Origin: Octopus bimaculoides
Lineage: Eukaryota
Assembly (NCBI RefSeq): GCF_001194135.2
Contig: NC_068983.1
Span: 109,101,781-109,165,780, forward strand
Reading direction: 5' to 3'
DNA length: 64,000 nt
In this document: positions 14,292 through 26,753 of the stretch, in pieces
How positions within the stretch are numbered: the stretch's first letter is position 1
Layout of the letters: each line of letters begins with the position of its first letter
Position numbers and translations under genes: made by a program
Notes under the pieces: generated by a model
Database searches by the model: none
What the model was told of the DNA's origin: nothing
Seen by the model: the letters and a program-made list of their open reading frames with translations, nothing else

Positions 14292-14902
14292 TGCATGGCA
14301 AATTTTCAAGAAGAGGGAGAATGAAAATGTTTTTTACAAAAAAATAAAAAAAATAATATATAAAAAAATAATACATAAAAAAATAAATATACCAATACAT
14401 TATATTGTCTTTGAGCTTTTAAAGTTCACTGGTAATCCATGTGTATAATTGTTAGAAATATTAGGATGCATGGAATTGAGAGTTGTGTTTTGTTTAAAAA
14501 AAGGGGTCTGAAAGTTTGTGTTAAGCAGGAAGTGTGGTGTCAGAACAGGAAGTGTGTGTAAGGGAAGATAATTCTGTCTTCCCTTACACACACTTCCTGT
14601 TTTGACACTACACTTCCTGCTTATGTCTTCCCTTACACACACTTCCTGTTCTGACACCACACTTCCTGCTTAACACAAACTTTCAGACCCCTTTTTTTAA
14701 ACAAAGCACAACTCTCAATTCCATGCATCCTAATTTTTCCAACTATTATCTACATGGATTACCAGTGAACTTTAAAAGCTCAAAGACAATATAATGTATT
14801 GGTATATTTATTTCTTTTATATATTATTTTTTAATATATTATTTTTTATTTTTTTGTAAAAAAACATTTTCATTCTCCCTCTTCTTGAAAATTTGCCATG
14901 CA
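14292..14902. repeat. ~610-bp imperfect palindrome (foldback/MITE-like) with an internal ~48-bp duplication
   Basis: 14292-14568 is the reverse complement of 14626-14902, roughly 90-95% identical by eye. The spacer 14569-14625 holds an extra copy of the innermost arm unit. The left end abuts a 10-N gap. Confidence 0.9.
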
Positions 14903-14938
14903 ATGAAAGCCGGTTAGAAATCCTTTTTAATCCTCCTT

Positions 14939-15105
14939 ATCATCATCATCATCATCATCATCATCGTTTAACGTCCGCTTTCCATGCTAGCATGGGTTGG
15001 ACGATTTGACTGAGGACTGGTGAAACCGGATGGCAACACCAGGCTCCAACCTAAATTTGGCAGAGTTTCTACAGCTGGATGCCCTTCCTAACGCCAACCA
15101 CTCAG
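14939..15105 (-). mobile_element. Young RTE LINE 3' end with (GAT)n tail
   Basis: The reverse complement is nearly identical to 48297-48447 (about 4 differences in ~150 nt). The (CAT)n run at 14939-14965 is the tail. Confidence 0.9.
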
Positions 15106-15318
15106 AACATATCTATATTAAAATATGCTTTCAGTTTAGCATTCTGCCTTATCATTATTTTTTATTTTCCTATATAAATATATGTATATTAAATAGTTAT
15201 AAGGCAATATAATCGAAACAGTATTTCTCCCAATTGCAAATGTATATGCCCCTTTTGTATTAACTTCAACCATTACTGATTATAAATTTGTCATTCTAAC
15301 TTTTTTATAAGTTGCATA

Positions 15319-15559
15319 GATCAGTGGTTAGAGCATTAGGCTCAGTCATGTGTGTTGTATTCTTGAGCAAGACACTTTATTTCATGCTGCTCCATTTCCC
15401 TCAGCTGTAGCACTGGAGCCAAGGTGATTCAACCTTTACCTTTTCCTTTGGATAACCTCAGTGGAATGAGGAGGAGAGGCTGGTGTGCATGGGTAACTGC
15501 TGGTCTTTTATAAACAATCTTGCCTAGAGGGTAACTTTCTAGCTGGAATCCGATGGTCA

Positions 15560-15563
<4 letters not shown>
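15319..15563 (+). mobile_element. tRNA-derived SINE, decayed
   Basis: A-box-like TCAGTGGTTAGAGC head and a CTTGAGCAAGACACTTTATTTCA block shared with 36190-36495 (reverse complement) and ~37660-37690. Confidence 0.6.
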
Positions 15564-15612
<49 letters not shown>

Positions 15613-15680
15613 AAGGTAGCTTATTCACAATTTACAACCAAAAGGCACAAGTACAGACGTCACTAAAGCAACCAGGTGAG

Positions 15681-15728
15681 ATTCACTGATGAGGATTAAA
15701 CAAATCCGAAATCATTGATGATCTGGCT
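15681..15728 (+). ncRNA. Type I hammerhead ribozyme motif (AUC cleavage triplet), weak stem I
   Basis: CUGAUGA 15686-92; stem II GGAUU/AAUCC closing AAACA; GAAA 15708-11; stem III AUCA/UGAU closing UUGA; C17 at 15723. Stem I has only ~3 bp (UCA/UGG) next to the core. Confidence 0.7.
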
Positions 15729-15896
15729 ATGTCTTGCTTGTTGTAGGGAGCTTAAATCCCTTGTCAGTCATTAGATAAGTGCTTCCCCATGGTTAAGTTG
15801 TTCTGACTTTTATTTCTAGCAATGCTGGTTCTAACTTGCACTCTTAGTCACCTTAGTGATGTCTGTTCACAGACAAACACACATATATATCATTGA

Positions 15897-15935
<39 letters not shown>

Positions 15936-15941
<6 letters not shown>

Positions 15942-17210
15942 CATGCAAGAAGTAAATAGATACCTTTAATTTTCAAAATTTCTGATATAAGCGTCTTAAT
16001 ATGTTTTCAGCAGTGTAGAATTTACAATGTAATCATTTTTTTTTTCATTCCAGGTGCCATTATATTAAACATTTGCAAAGAGTAACCGTGCCACACACAA
16101 AAAATTCAGCAGAACTGTCAGATTTTCAAAGAGGTTGTATTGTTAGGCAATCTGAGGTTGGTCTTAGCCAACGAAAATTGCTGAAAGTCTTCAAATTCCT
16201 CTTGCTTACTGCTAATGGAACTATAGTACAATTTAAAAGCCAAGGAAATGAATCAACAGATTCTCGTCCTGGCTGACCTGGGCCCTCAGAAAGGTAGCTT
16301 CACTGTTTGAAGAGAATGGTGGAAAACACCCCGTTCAAAGGCTTCTGACATTGCATAACAGGTAGAAGTTAGTCCAAGAACATGTGTTATATATCTGCAT
16401 AAGCTTGGATATTATGGACGAGCAGCTAGAAGAAGACCTCTCCTTTTACCAATTAATATCATGAAAAGAAAGAAATGGGCTAAGGAGATGCCAGAAAAAT
16501 CCAGTTCGTTTTGGGATAGAGTTATTTTCTCAGATGAATCTAGATTTGCCTTATTTTCAGACAGAGGACGTGTTTGTGTTTGGAGGCTTTCCAATCAAGA
16601 ATTTGATTTGAAACAACTCCAACCAACTGTGAAACATAGCGGTATCTCTGTAATGGTATGGGGAGCTGTCACCAGCAATGGTCGTTCTGAGCTGATCGAA
16701 TGCGTTGGAACCATAAACTATGAAAAATACATCGAAATACTTAAGCAAGGACTACTTCCAATGTATTCAAACTACAACATAACCAATAATGAGTTTTTAT
16801 TCATGGAAGATGGGGCTCCATGCCACGCAGTGAAAAGGAATCAGCAATGGCTGACTGAAAATGGGATCAAAAAGCTTCCTTGGCCAAGCCAACCTCCTGA
16901 CAGGAACCCAATTGAAAATCTTTGGAGCATACTAGATAGAGCTATATGAAAAACTCGACAGAAACCTAAATCTAAAGATGAATTGTTTCGATTGTTGTAT
17001 GAAATGTGGGCAGAAATTCCACAAGAAACAATCACAAAACTCATCAGTTCAATGCCAAAAAGTTTCTGAATTAATAACTGCAAAGGGAATGTCAACTAAA
17101 TACTAATGTATGTAGTCCTGCCTATCGATTACATTTCAATTGTTTGCTTTGCATATTAAATAGAAGATTTTGAAAATTAAAGGTGTCTATTTACTTCCTG
17201 CATGTGTGTG
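15936..17210 (+). mobile_element. Full-length decayed Tc1-family transposon (DD34E) with both TIRs
   Basis: ~46-bp TIRs: CACAGACATGCAAGAAGTAAATAGATACCTTTAATTTTCAAAAT at 15936 and its complement ending at 17210, with TA on the left. Transposase motifs [26 protein letters not shown] and [15 protein letters not shown] (D-34-E), with stops. Confidence 0.92.
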
Positions 17211-17289
17211 TGTGTTTGTGTGTGTGTATATATATGCATATACATTTATGTAGCTCCAACAGATTTTTTATTCTTTCACTGTTTATTTC

Positions 17290-17412
17290 CTCGTGTTCCT
17301 TTCATTTGAAGAATGTTGGCTTGAAACATAAAACATTTTCTCACCTTCTCAAGTGTTAAACTAATACACCTGTTTGTTGTTTATACACCTGTCTTCGTCT
17401 TTCTTTTTTTTC
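17290..17412 (+). repeat. Short dispersed repeat, possibly a Penelope pLTR remnant; partial second copy at ~39220-39272
   Basis: TGTTGTTTA.AC.CCTGTCTTCGTCT...GTAAATT is shared with 39220-39272. The PLE assignment is inference from a degraded hammerhead-like string at 17298-17334. Confidence 0.4.
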
Positions 17413-18164
17413 TGTAAATTTCAACCATATATACATATATATACATACATATGTATATATATTATCTTTTTATATATATAGAGAGAGAAAGAACCACATT
17501 ATCCAACGCAGCACTTTATAATTTAAGATAGTCAAGTGTGATTTAAGAGAAATTAGGCTGCTATATCAAACAGGTCAAGCGACCTCACAAAAATTTGTCC
17601 TTGTTAACAAAAAGTGATCTTTGTTGTTGTTTAACCTAAAATTAACCCTGATCAAAAAGACCTATGACAAAAAAGATTACAAGAATGACAATCCAACTTT
17701 TATTCCAAAAACTATAATCTCCAGTATATTTTTTATTGAAAATGATAGGGAGTGATTTGAGGGGAATTTGGTTACTATTTCTGGCAGGTCAAGCATCAGA
17801 GTAGGAGCACTTCTTGTTGGATACTGATACCAGCCAACCTATACTGGTGTTAACTTACATAGGGAAAAGTATTATTAGATGACAATACAGCAAGCAGACC
17901 AGATGATACTGTCATTTGCCAAAAACCAACTCTCTCTATTTCTCTCTTTCTTGCACTTCATATTTTCCTGCTTTAGAAAGAGAGTTGTTGTACGATGCAA
18001 TATGAGGTATGAGTTACTTTTAATTTCGTTGCATCAGAGGTGGGGCTGGTAAGAAGTTGTGGGAGATCTGAATTACTAAGGAAGGGTGTGATAAGTGTTG
18101 AAAGAAAGGGTTGACAGTGTTTCAGTTACATGTATGCATGCACACATACATACATCATATGTTA

Positions 18165-18207
<43 letters not shown>

Positions 18208-19029
18208 AATATATATATATATCATGTATCTCATTTGTATGAATCATCTCACTAAATGCATTTTGTCAGTTTGTAAAATAATTAAATATAAGATTTTTCT
18301 CTTAGACTGTTTAATACATCAAACAAAATGGAGATAGGTGACTTCAGATCTCATAAAATACCTCATTTTTCTTATAAAACAATGAATAGAGATGAGACAT
18401 TTCCATTTTTAGTTTGACTGAACAAATCATTTTGCATATTAAATCTGAAAGAACTGAGGTAAGTAATATTTAGTGTCATATTTAGTAATATTTTGTGACA
18501 GTACTTTCAAGTATAGTTTAGAAGCTTAATTTATTAATACTAGTTACTCTTTTATGAAACATTTCAGAAAACATTATTATATACTTTGATTTGTGTTCCC
18601 TTTGGGAGAAAATATTTTATGAAAAATATATAATGTGCTTTGTACTTAAACAGTATTTTAAAGTATCTGATTATATGATGTTTTAATTTATATTATAATA
18701 TTGGTAATATCGAAAATTTAGGGAGATCACACTATAGATGCATTTGGAAATAGGATATTATATGGAAGTGCATTCAAACATAAGTGTATTCCAGTTGTGA
18801 AGTAGATCCAGTATTGTACTGAAGTAACCAATATTTGTTATGCAATGAGACTTGGTCATGCCATGGATCACAGATTATAGGGGGATTTGTGATGGTGAAT
18901 CTGCTTATAAGAGGAATAACATTTTCCTTAATTTGATTAAATATTGTGATAACTAAGATAGCTCGGTCATCTAAGATATAGAAGCACTAATTAAAGATGG
19001 AACATATTTTGTGTTATTTAGTACTTTTT

Positions 19030-19191
19030 AGGTGTAGGAGTGACTGTGTAGTAAGTAGCTTGCTTACCAACCACATGGTTCCGGGTTCAGTCCCCCTGCA
19101 TGGCACCTTGGGCAAGTGTCTTCTACTATAGCCTCGGGCTGACCAAAGCCTTGTGAGTGGATTTGGTAGACGGAAACTGAAAGAATCCCGT

Positions 19192-19235
<44 letters not shown>

Positions 19236-19304
19236 CACACACATATATATATGTGTGTGTTTGTGTGTCTGTGTTTGTCCCCCCACCATCGCTTGACAAC
19301 TGAT
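19030..19304 (+). mobile_element. tRNA-derived SINE with internal (TA)/(TG) microsatellite, cut by the gap
   Basis: A-box-like GACTGTGTAGTAAG, B-box-like GGTTCAGTCCC (~19087), and a conserved body GGCACCTTGGGCAAGTGTCTTCTACTATAGCC. Confidence 0.8.
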
Positions 19305-22149
19305 NNNNNNNNNNNNNNNNNNNNNNNNNNNNNNNNNNNNNNNNNNNNNNNNNNNNNNNNNNNNNNNNNNNNNNNNNNNNNNNNNNNNNNNNNNNNNNNN
19401 NNNNNNNNNNNNNNNNNNNNNNNNNNNNNNNNNNNNNNNNNNNNNNNNNNNNNNNNNNNNNNNNNNNNNNNNNNNNNNNNNNNNNNNNNNNNNNNNNNNN
19501 NNNNNNNNNNNNNNNNNNNNNNNNNNNNNNNNNNNNNNNNNNNNNNNNNNNNNNNNNNNNNNNNNNNNNNNNNNNNNNNNNNNNNNNNNNNNNNNNNNNN
19601 NNNNNNNNNNNNNNNNNNNNNNNNNNNNNNNNNNNNNNNNNNNNNNNNNNNNNNNNNNNNNNNNNNNNNNNNNNNNNNNNNNNNNNNNNNNNNNNNNNNN
19701 NNNNNNNNNNNNNNATGTATTTTAAAAGTACCCATGAATGGAGGGTTAACGAAGAGTAAATTGGTTTTCTCAAGGCAGGCAACATTTATGGCAACGAAAA
19801 AAAATCATATGTTTAGTGACAGTTATTTGTAAAACCTTTTGACATGAGGTTAAAATGGGTTAAAATTGAATGAAGATGCAAACTAAACACAGTAACATTT
19901 AAAAAATTCACTGGATGAAGAGAAAGGTCCAAAAACCAGATGAATTAAAACTAAAATATTAATTTTCATAATTAATCAGTGCAGCTACATCAAAAAAATC
20001 TGTTTTGAAATGCATAAAACTGACATATAGCCATAATTATAAAAAAGTGTAAACAAGTATGACAATGTAATGACAATTGGTTGTCAAAGCTAATTTCAAG
20101 ATAATTTGAGATGGATGTGTTGTATTCACAATAATGAAGAACTATTTTATGAGGTTTATGCCAAATTCAATAATAAAAGTATAATTTCAGTTAAAGCTAG
20201 CTTTGCATAGAAATTCTCTCTTTCAGAATATGTTATATTGGGAGTAAGATAGTAATTTGGCATCTTTTCCTATTTACAATTCCAATGCCTTAGAGAAATT
20301 TATAATCATCGTGACGTTCCATTTCCCTTTGCCTAAGATGTCATGCATATGAGAAAATCATTAGTTAGGAGGTTTTAAGATGTCATTCTTGGATCACATT
20401 AATTATATTGATAAACAAATGGTTTTCTTATACTGTTTCAGTAGATACAGTTTACTTATAAAGTTCTGTATCACTGGCAAGTTTTCTTTGTATTTTTGTC
20501 ATTCATTAACTGTAATTAATCACTTCTATCTTCATGTCTCCTGCATTGGGTAATAATTTTAATCTTTTTTTTTTTTGTTCAGATAATTAAATAAAATAGT
20601 AAGTCAACTTAACTAAAATCTTCTCTTCCAGCGAAACTTACATTAAGAGAAACCTTTAGAGATTGATTAAAACTCATGCTGAGATTGATTTTTCTCTATC
20701 AAATCAGATTTGCAAGGAAGATTTGAAAATTTATCCTCATCTTTCAGTCCTCCTTCAGTAACCAGTATTCAGTCAATAAAGCAATCAGATTAGTTTAATC
20801 ACTTCTAGAGCTGAAGAAAAAAGTCACATCATCATTGGAAAATAATTTAAGAAAAACCATTCTGGCTGCTATTTTTAGACAGATAAGTCTACATAACAAA
20901 AACATTAAGTAAGAATATTTATAAAACAAGACTATAATATGCTTTAATGCATCTGAAGGAAGAGCATATAATCCAATCAATTTGTTAACTGCATGAATTT
21001 TATTCTGGGAGTTACTTCAAATATATCCTGGATTTTCAGTATTCTCTTTACTTTGTTATATACTTTGCCATGTTTCTCATATATGTGTGTGCATATGTGG
21101 GTAGTGTATGTGTGCACATGCATGTGTGCATGTGTATGTATATGCATGTGTATGCGTGCTTATATGTATGTATTTATATATAGCAGGATATTGTGTTTGC
21201 ATAATTTTTATTGTGAAACTGTCAATACACAGTCTGTAATAGAAAACAGAACCTTTAAGAAAATTTGAAAATATAAACCAAAAGAAAATAAGAAATATAC
21301 ACGATTTATTAAAGAGTACATTAAGTCTTTGTGATTGCTGTGATGGAAACCATAAATCGCAAGAAACAACATATTCACACATAATTGAAATAGTGTGCTG
21401 ACAAAGCTGATGAATAAAAAAACTCAAACAGACAGACATCCATTTGCAAACATGACAGATGAATTAATGTCCCTAGGGTAGTGACAGAAACATTTAGCAT
21501 TGTTGGGATTAGCATTTAACAAAGAACATTTACACCCAATTAATAAAAATATTAAAGCTACCATGCTCTAAATTTAAAGATCCTATCCATTCCTTAAGAT
21601 TATATAGTGCATTAAGTTATACAGCAAACAGTTTATGCAGTAATCAAGAGGAATTTGAGGGATCCCCAAAATTTCCTTATGCTCAACCACACCAAAACCA
21701 GCTGGGTGTGGCAAAATAGACCTTAATAATAATGGGTTCTTAATTAAGCAAAAGGCCAGCAATTTTTATAGGGAACAACTAACCATTACCATCAACCCCA
21801 AATATCCTTATATGTTTAATTAAAGAAAATTACAATTCCTTCCATTATGTCATTTTTTACCTTGTTCTAAAACAAAGTGGCAGCATCACTTTCACTATGT
21901 AACTGTGAGTGAGCACAGATGTAAAAATCATCTACAAGTAAACCGTCCCTAAGAATACTCTCAGGAAGTTTTCAATCTCTTCTTGCCCACCTGAATAAAA
22001 TCCTGCTTTCTGAGAAATGTGAAAAACATTTTCACAAATCTTTACTAATTACACTTCTCCCGTTTGTCTCTTCTCAATCCCAATGTCGTTGTAAATAATA
22101 ATTTTAGCTAATATTTAGTTGAGGCTATTTGGTTGAATGTGACAATTAG

Positions 22150-23330
22150 CATTCATTTTGCTCCAAACAAGAAAATGCTTCTTATGAAATATTCATTTAC
22201 AAATTCTCCTCTCTGAGTCTACGTTTCTCACTATTATAATCAAATAACTATTATTATGAAACATTCTGAAATAACATAAACAATCCAAATAGTGGCCCTG
22301 TCACTAATTTTATGCAGTATACTTCCAAACATTTTAACTTCCCTGAGAATAGTAACTTTAGTACAACAACTTATCACTCCTAGTATTCTAAAGATGATGG
22401 AAACCATCATAAACAGTCAGCTCTTCTACCCATTTTAGTCTCTTGCCTGTTTTGTAGCCATCAATTGTTACATCACAAAATACACCAAAGACTTAACTTT
22501 TACATCACAAATTTATCATGTTCTTTGAAGCTTTGACGAAAGCAAAGTTTTTATATCACCAAAGATTTAAATCATTGCTGACATTAGAATGATCTTATAT
22601 TTTTGCCTTCTTATAAGTCCTATCTATGTGCTTCCTGTTGAAACCCATTACACTGTGTGGAGATAAGGCACTTTATGTTTTACATCTAATAGCTCCCATT
22701 CTTTGTTCTTTCAGTTGCTGTTATGGCCCTCTACTCTCTAACTATTTCTAACAGGACCCACTTCGTCCAAAACTTGAGGACTTACTATTTCCATAACATC
22801 TGCTGTAACATTCTAACATTGTATAGAAATTTTGTTCAATACTTTAGCTGAAATGAAGAAAGCTCCAGAGAAATCTTTGAATCTATTTAAAAGAGGCATA
22901 TATCATTAGTAACCATAGTTAGAGTGGTACTGGAAACTATAAAAGACATAACATCTCTTTTTCTGTTTCCTCCTAAAACTGCATAAGTACAAACTCAATA
23001 CTAAATATATCAATCTCACCAAGCCATCTCTAGAGATATACATGGTTTGATTAGGTTGCAGTGGTTATGGGCCCTCTGCTGGATAAACTTATTCAAACAT
23101 TAAAGGCATAAGCTAGCAACATAGTAACTTGTCAATCATGGTTCTAGTGAAATTAGTAATAAGAATTTCCTAACACGTATGCTGAGAAAATTTGATTGCA
23201 ATACACTACATCAAGGTCTGAACAATATCAGGAAAGCCATCAGCTTGAAGATAAAAATGTCAAAATTACCTGCTTTATAAGTTCAAATTGAATTCTCTGA
23301 CATTATTCAAACACTTAATAACAATAAATT
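22150..23330 (+). mobile_element. Highly decayed CR1/Jockey-like LINE reverse transcriptase remnant
   Basis: ITPSILKMMETIINSQL (22373-22424) resembles the LINE RT N-terminal motif (P.ISL...K.ME.IIN.QL). The rest is scrambled, and boundaries are approximate. Confidence 0.45.
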
Positions 23331-25153
23331 TTTTTTGAATAAGTAAATTAATATATTTAGATACATACATTTAAATAAACTAGTGCATTGTTTACTATTT
23401 AGTACCTTTTTTGTGGATAATAAAATTTTATGGTGTGATTGCTGAATAATCTACATTTATACACCAATGCCACAATTAGTGTTTGATGTTTTTATGGTTG
23501 CAGCAACTAAATGTATTTTAGTGAGAATCTTGAATGTCAAAATACATGATTGGTGCTACCATGGGAAAATTTAATACTTTATCACAACTGAAATCCATAT
23601 ATAGCTCTCATATATTTCTTTCTTTCTTTAATTCTCTCAACGCATCAATTATTTTCAAGGTTACAAACGTGCATAATATCTGTTATATATCTTGGGTGTT
23701 ATAATATCTGTTATACATCCAGGGTGTTATAATTATTTTTAGAATAGATATAATACAGATAGAATCCCATAAATTTTATTGCCTAGAAATACTCAAAAAC
23801 ATACAAGACTGAAAAATAATTAATTTTGGACCCTGCCTTTCTTAACACAAATTCAATGCCCAGAAAAGAATATAACTTAATGATAAGATATGTAAAGAAT
23901 TTATTTATTTTGGCATTTGGGTTCACATGTCAAAATTTAGCAAACCTTCAAACATAACACCTGTTAATGTACATATATTCATTCTCACATAATTCATTAT
24001 TTATAACCCGTTTATCTCTGAGTATCTGAAGAATGAAACAGATAAAAGAGACATCTTTAACCATGATACTAAATTATACTCCTAGATTGCCTATTACCTA
24101 TTTTCAAGTAGTTAGTAAACCATGTCATTGAATTACATGGGTAAAGAATATGTAAATTTTATTTCAAACAAATTTATAATTATTGTGAAAGATATTCATT
24201 TTAACTTTTTTCATTTAGACATTACCCTTGTTCACAATTCATAATTTTTTTCTATATTGAAAAGAGCCTATTTACATTTAAATCAAAGTATTTTGATCTA
24301 CTGTAATAATTAGTTTGGTAATGAAGATTGGAAAACACTCATTTATATCAATGAATTTCTAAGTTATATTAATTATTTGTTTTTGTATTCCTGATTTATA
24401 TACATACAAGATCATAAAAAACAAAAACTACATGGGAAGTATTTAATTCCTGAGGGTATTCATGAGTTGTATCACGTGCATTGTAATTTATGCAAGCCTC
24501 CTGGGTAAAGGTTAAGATTTCTTTCATTTTGTATAGAGCTAAAGGAGGCAAGCTATTTTGTAAAATGAAATATAAAGTATGAATTTAGAGATGACATTCA
24601 AATAGTCTATGGGGGTAAAATTATTTGTATTCATTATACTTATATGTCAATAAATTTATCACATTTTCCATGAAAAGGTGACTCAATTCTCTAAATTTGA
24701 TCTAGCCTGCTTTATTCTGAGCATGTAAACTGGAGTTTTCATTCTTTATCTTGTGAGATGACATAAAGAGATCTTGTAGAAAAAAAAATGCTAAGGGCTG
24801 GATGTTGTAAATAATAATATTTTCACTTCATTCATATTTATTTACTTTCAATATCTAGTCAGAATAAATCACTTTGATCTTTTCTCAATGATTTTTCATT
24901 GATCTGGAAATGTCAAAAAGCCAGTAAATTTAAAGGTAATATTAAATGAATTTTTAGATACCTCTTTTCTAACATGCTCTGTTCCAAAATATAAATTCCT
25001 TATGATATTAAAATTTAAAATGAAGTGAATTTATTCCAATGTATACATCTTATTCAGATAATAAAGCCAGATTTTATTACAAAATCTATAACCTCATGAT
25101 GAAAGCATGTTTGCCTTAATTCTTTATAAGAATAAATTCTATTTGTTTAGATA

Positions 25154-25600
25154 CAAGGGTGGGCTGAAAAGTTAATAGGCTGACTATGAAGGAGTGAGGC
25201 TAGAGCTGTAAAATCTTGCATGCATTATTCAACTCTTCTTATTAATAACTAGACTGCTTCTTTCCAGGTAAACTGACACACAACTGTTCAAAAGAGACTT
25301 CAAAAGTAAATAGTAGTGACTTCTCTTGAAAATCGACAACAGTTGGCATCATAGTGTTATCAAGTATCCGCAAAAAAGATTTTAGCCGTCAAAGATATTC
25401 ACACTAGCATAGTTGTTACATTAGGTGATGATGTTCCAGCTTTATCAAAAGTGCAAAAGTGAGCAGCTGAATTTAGGTGACAAAGGAAAAAAACCTTGAA
25501 GATGACCCAAGATCTGAACATCTTGCAACTGTCACCACCAAGGAAAACAGTGTGTTCACCACATGGTAATGGCAATTGGCTATAAATAAAATAGCTAATG
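25154..25600 (+). mobile_element. mariner transposon 5' fragment
   Basis: TA followed by a CAAGGGTGGGCTGAAAAGTT terminus, then N-terminal HTH remnants (KDIH...LGDDVPALSKVQK*AAEF...LEDDPRS). Confidence 0.7.
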
Positions 25601-25856
25601 CTTGTAAAATAAATCTCATTCAGTCATATTCCATGAGAGTATCTTAGTGAGCCTATGATCTTTTCAGCAAAACCTTATCGATGGGTAGATGTGTATTCTA
25701 CACCAAAGAAACTATTCCCTGGAGCTAATGAAGAGTGTTTCTATAGAATTAGTAAAATGATATAGAATTAGATATCTAATTAAGCAATTAAGATTACCTC
25801 AGTTGTTTATTGATATCTTTCTTTCTTCCCTTGAATAAAATTTCTTTTACACATTG

Positions 25857-25860
<4 letters not shown>

Positions 25861-25896
<36 letters not shown>

Positions 25897-26090
25897 TTAT
25901 TGTGTATAGTGCTCAGGTGCACTACAACTCATCAAAGGTGCATGTATAGTACATGGAATTATGTACAAAAGTGAACAGAGTCATGATATACATGTGTGCA
26001 TGCATATGGAGGTAGGGATATCAGGTGTAGTGTTGGCAAATTTCAGGAAACACGGAGGTTTTAAAGGATGCAATGTCTTGGCAGCTAATA
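25861..26090 (-). mobile_element. Probable LINE 3' end with (TAT)n tail
   Basis: An (AAT)n run at 25861-25893 is followed by a GC-richer block that reads as a LINE 3' UTR on the minus strand. Family not determined. Confidence 0.4.
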
Positions 26091-26715
26091 TTTGATAAAA
26101 GTGACTGATACTGTGGAAGTTAAAATAAATAAAGTATCAAATGTTATTTAAAAATTAGGAAGCATTCTCATATGCAAATTATTCAGGATTAATTTATTTT
26201 TCTGAAATATAGCCCTGAATGACTGCTTTAAAAGCTCAATTCATATACATGCACATCCCACCAAACATACACACACAAACACTTGCACACAAACGTGTGT
26301 GGGCATAATACATATATTTACATATGCTACTTGCAAGACTAACAGTCCTAAAGCAACCCCTATAACTGAAGTGTAGTAGGAGAGAGAGTGCGATCACTTT
26401 AGGCAAGGTGATTGGAGAAGGTGAAGTATGAGTGGTACAGATTTATAGTTGTGAGAGTGTGGTACTGGAGAGAGCAATAGGGTAGACATTATTGATGGAA
26501 GCAGTATGGAAAGAAAGAGATGAATAAAGTGATAAGGGTGGGGATGTGGGCTATGTAGAGGGAATACAGAATTGTCTCACATAATAGCAAATATGGGAGG
26601 AAAGTATGAGAGGACAAGAACATGAAAAACAGAAAATAGATGAAAATGGTGAGGATCAGAGAGAGTCATTAAAAGAGAGGTGTGGGGTTCATGAGAAGTA
26701 TGTAAGGAAGAGGAA

Positions 26716-26753
<38 letters not shown>

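Noticed and set aside
19030-19110. tRNA-like A/B boxes (also 15319, 34000, 36440)
   Set aside because: No cloverleaf forms, and each continues into SINE body sequence, so these are SINE heads rather than tRNA genes.
20583-20598. Strong acceptor and GTAAGT donor around a 16-nt segment
   Set aside because: It has stop codons in all three frames, so it cannot be an internal coding micro-exon.
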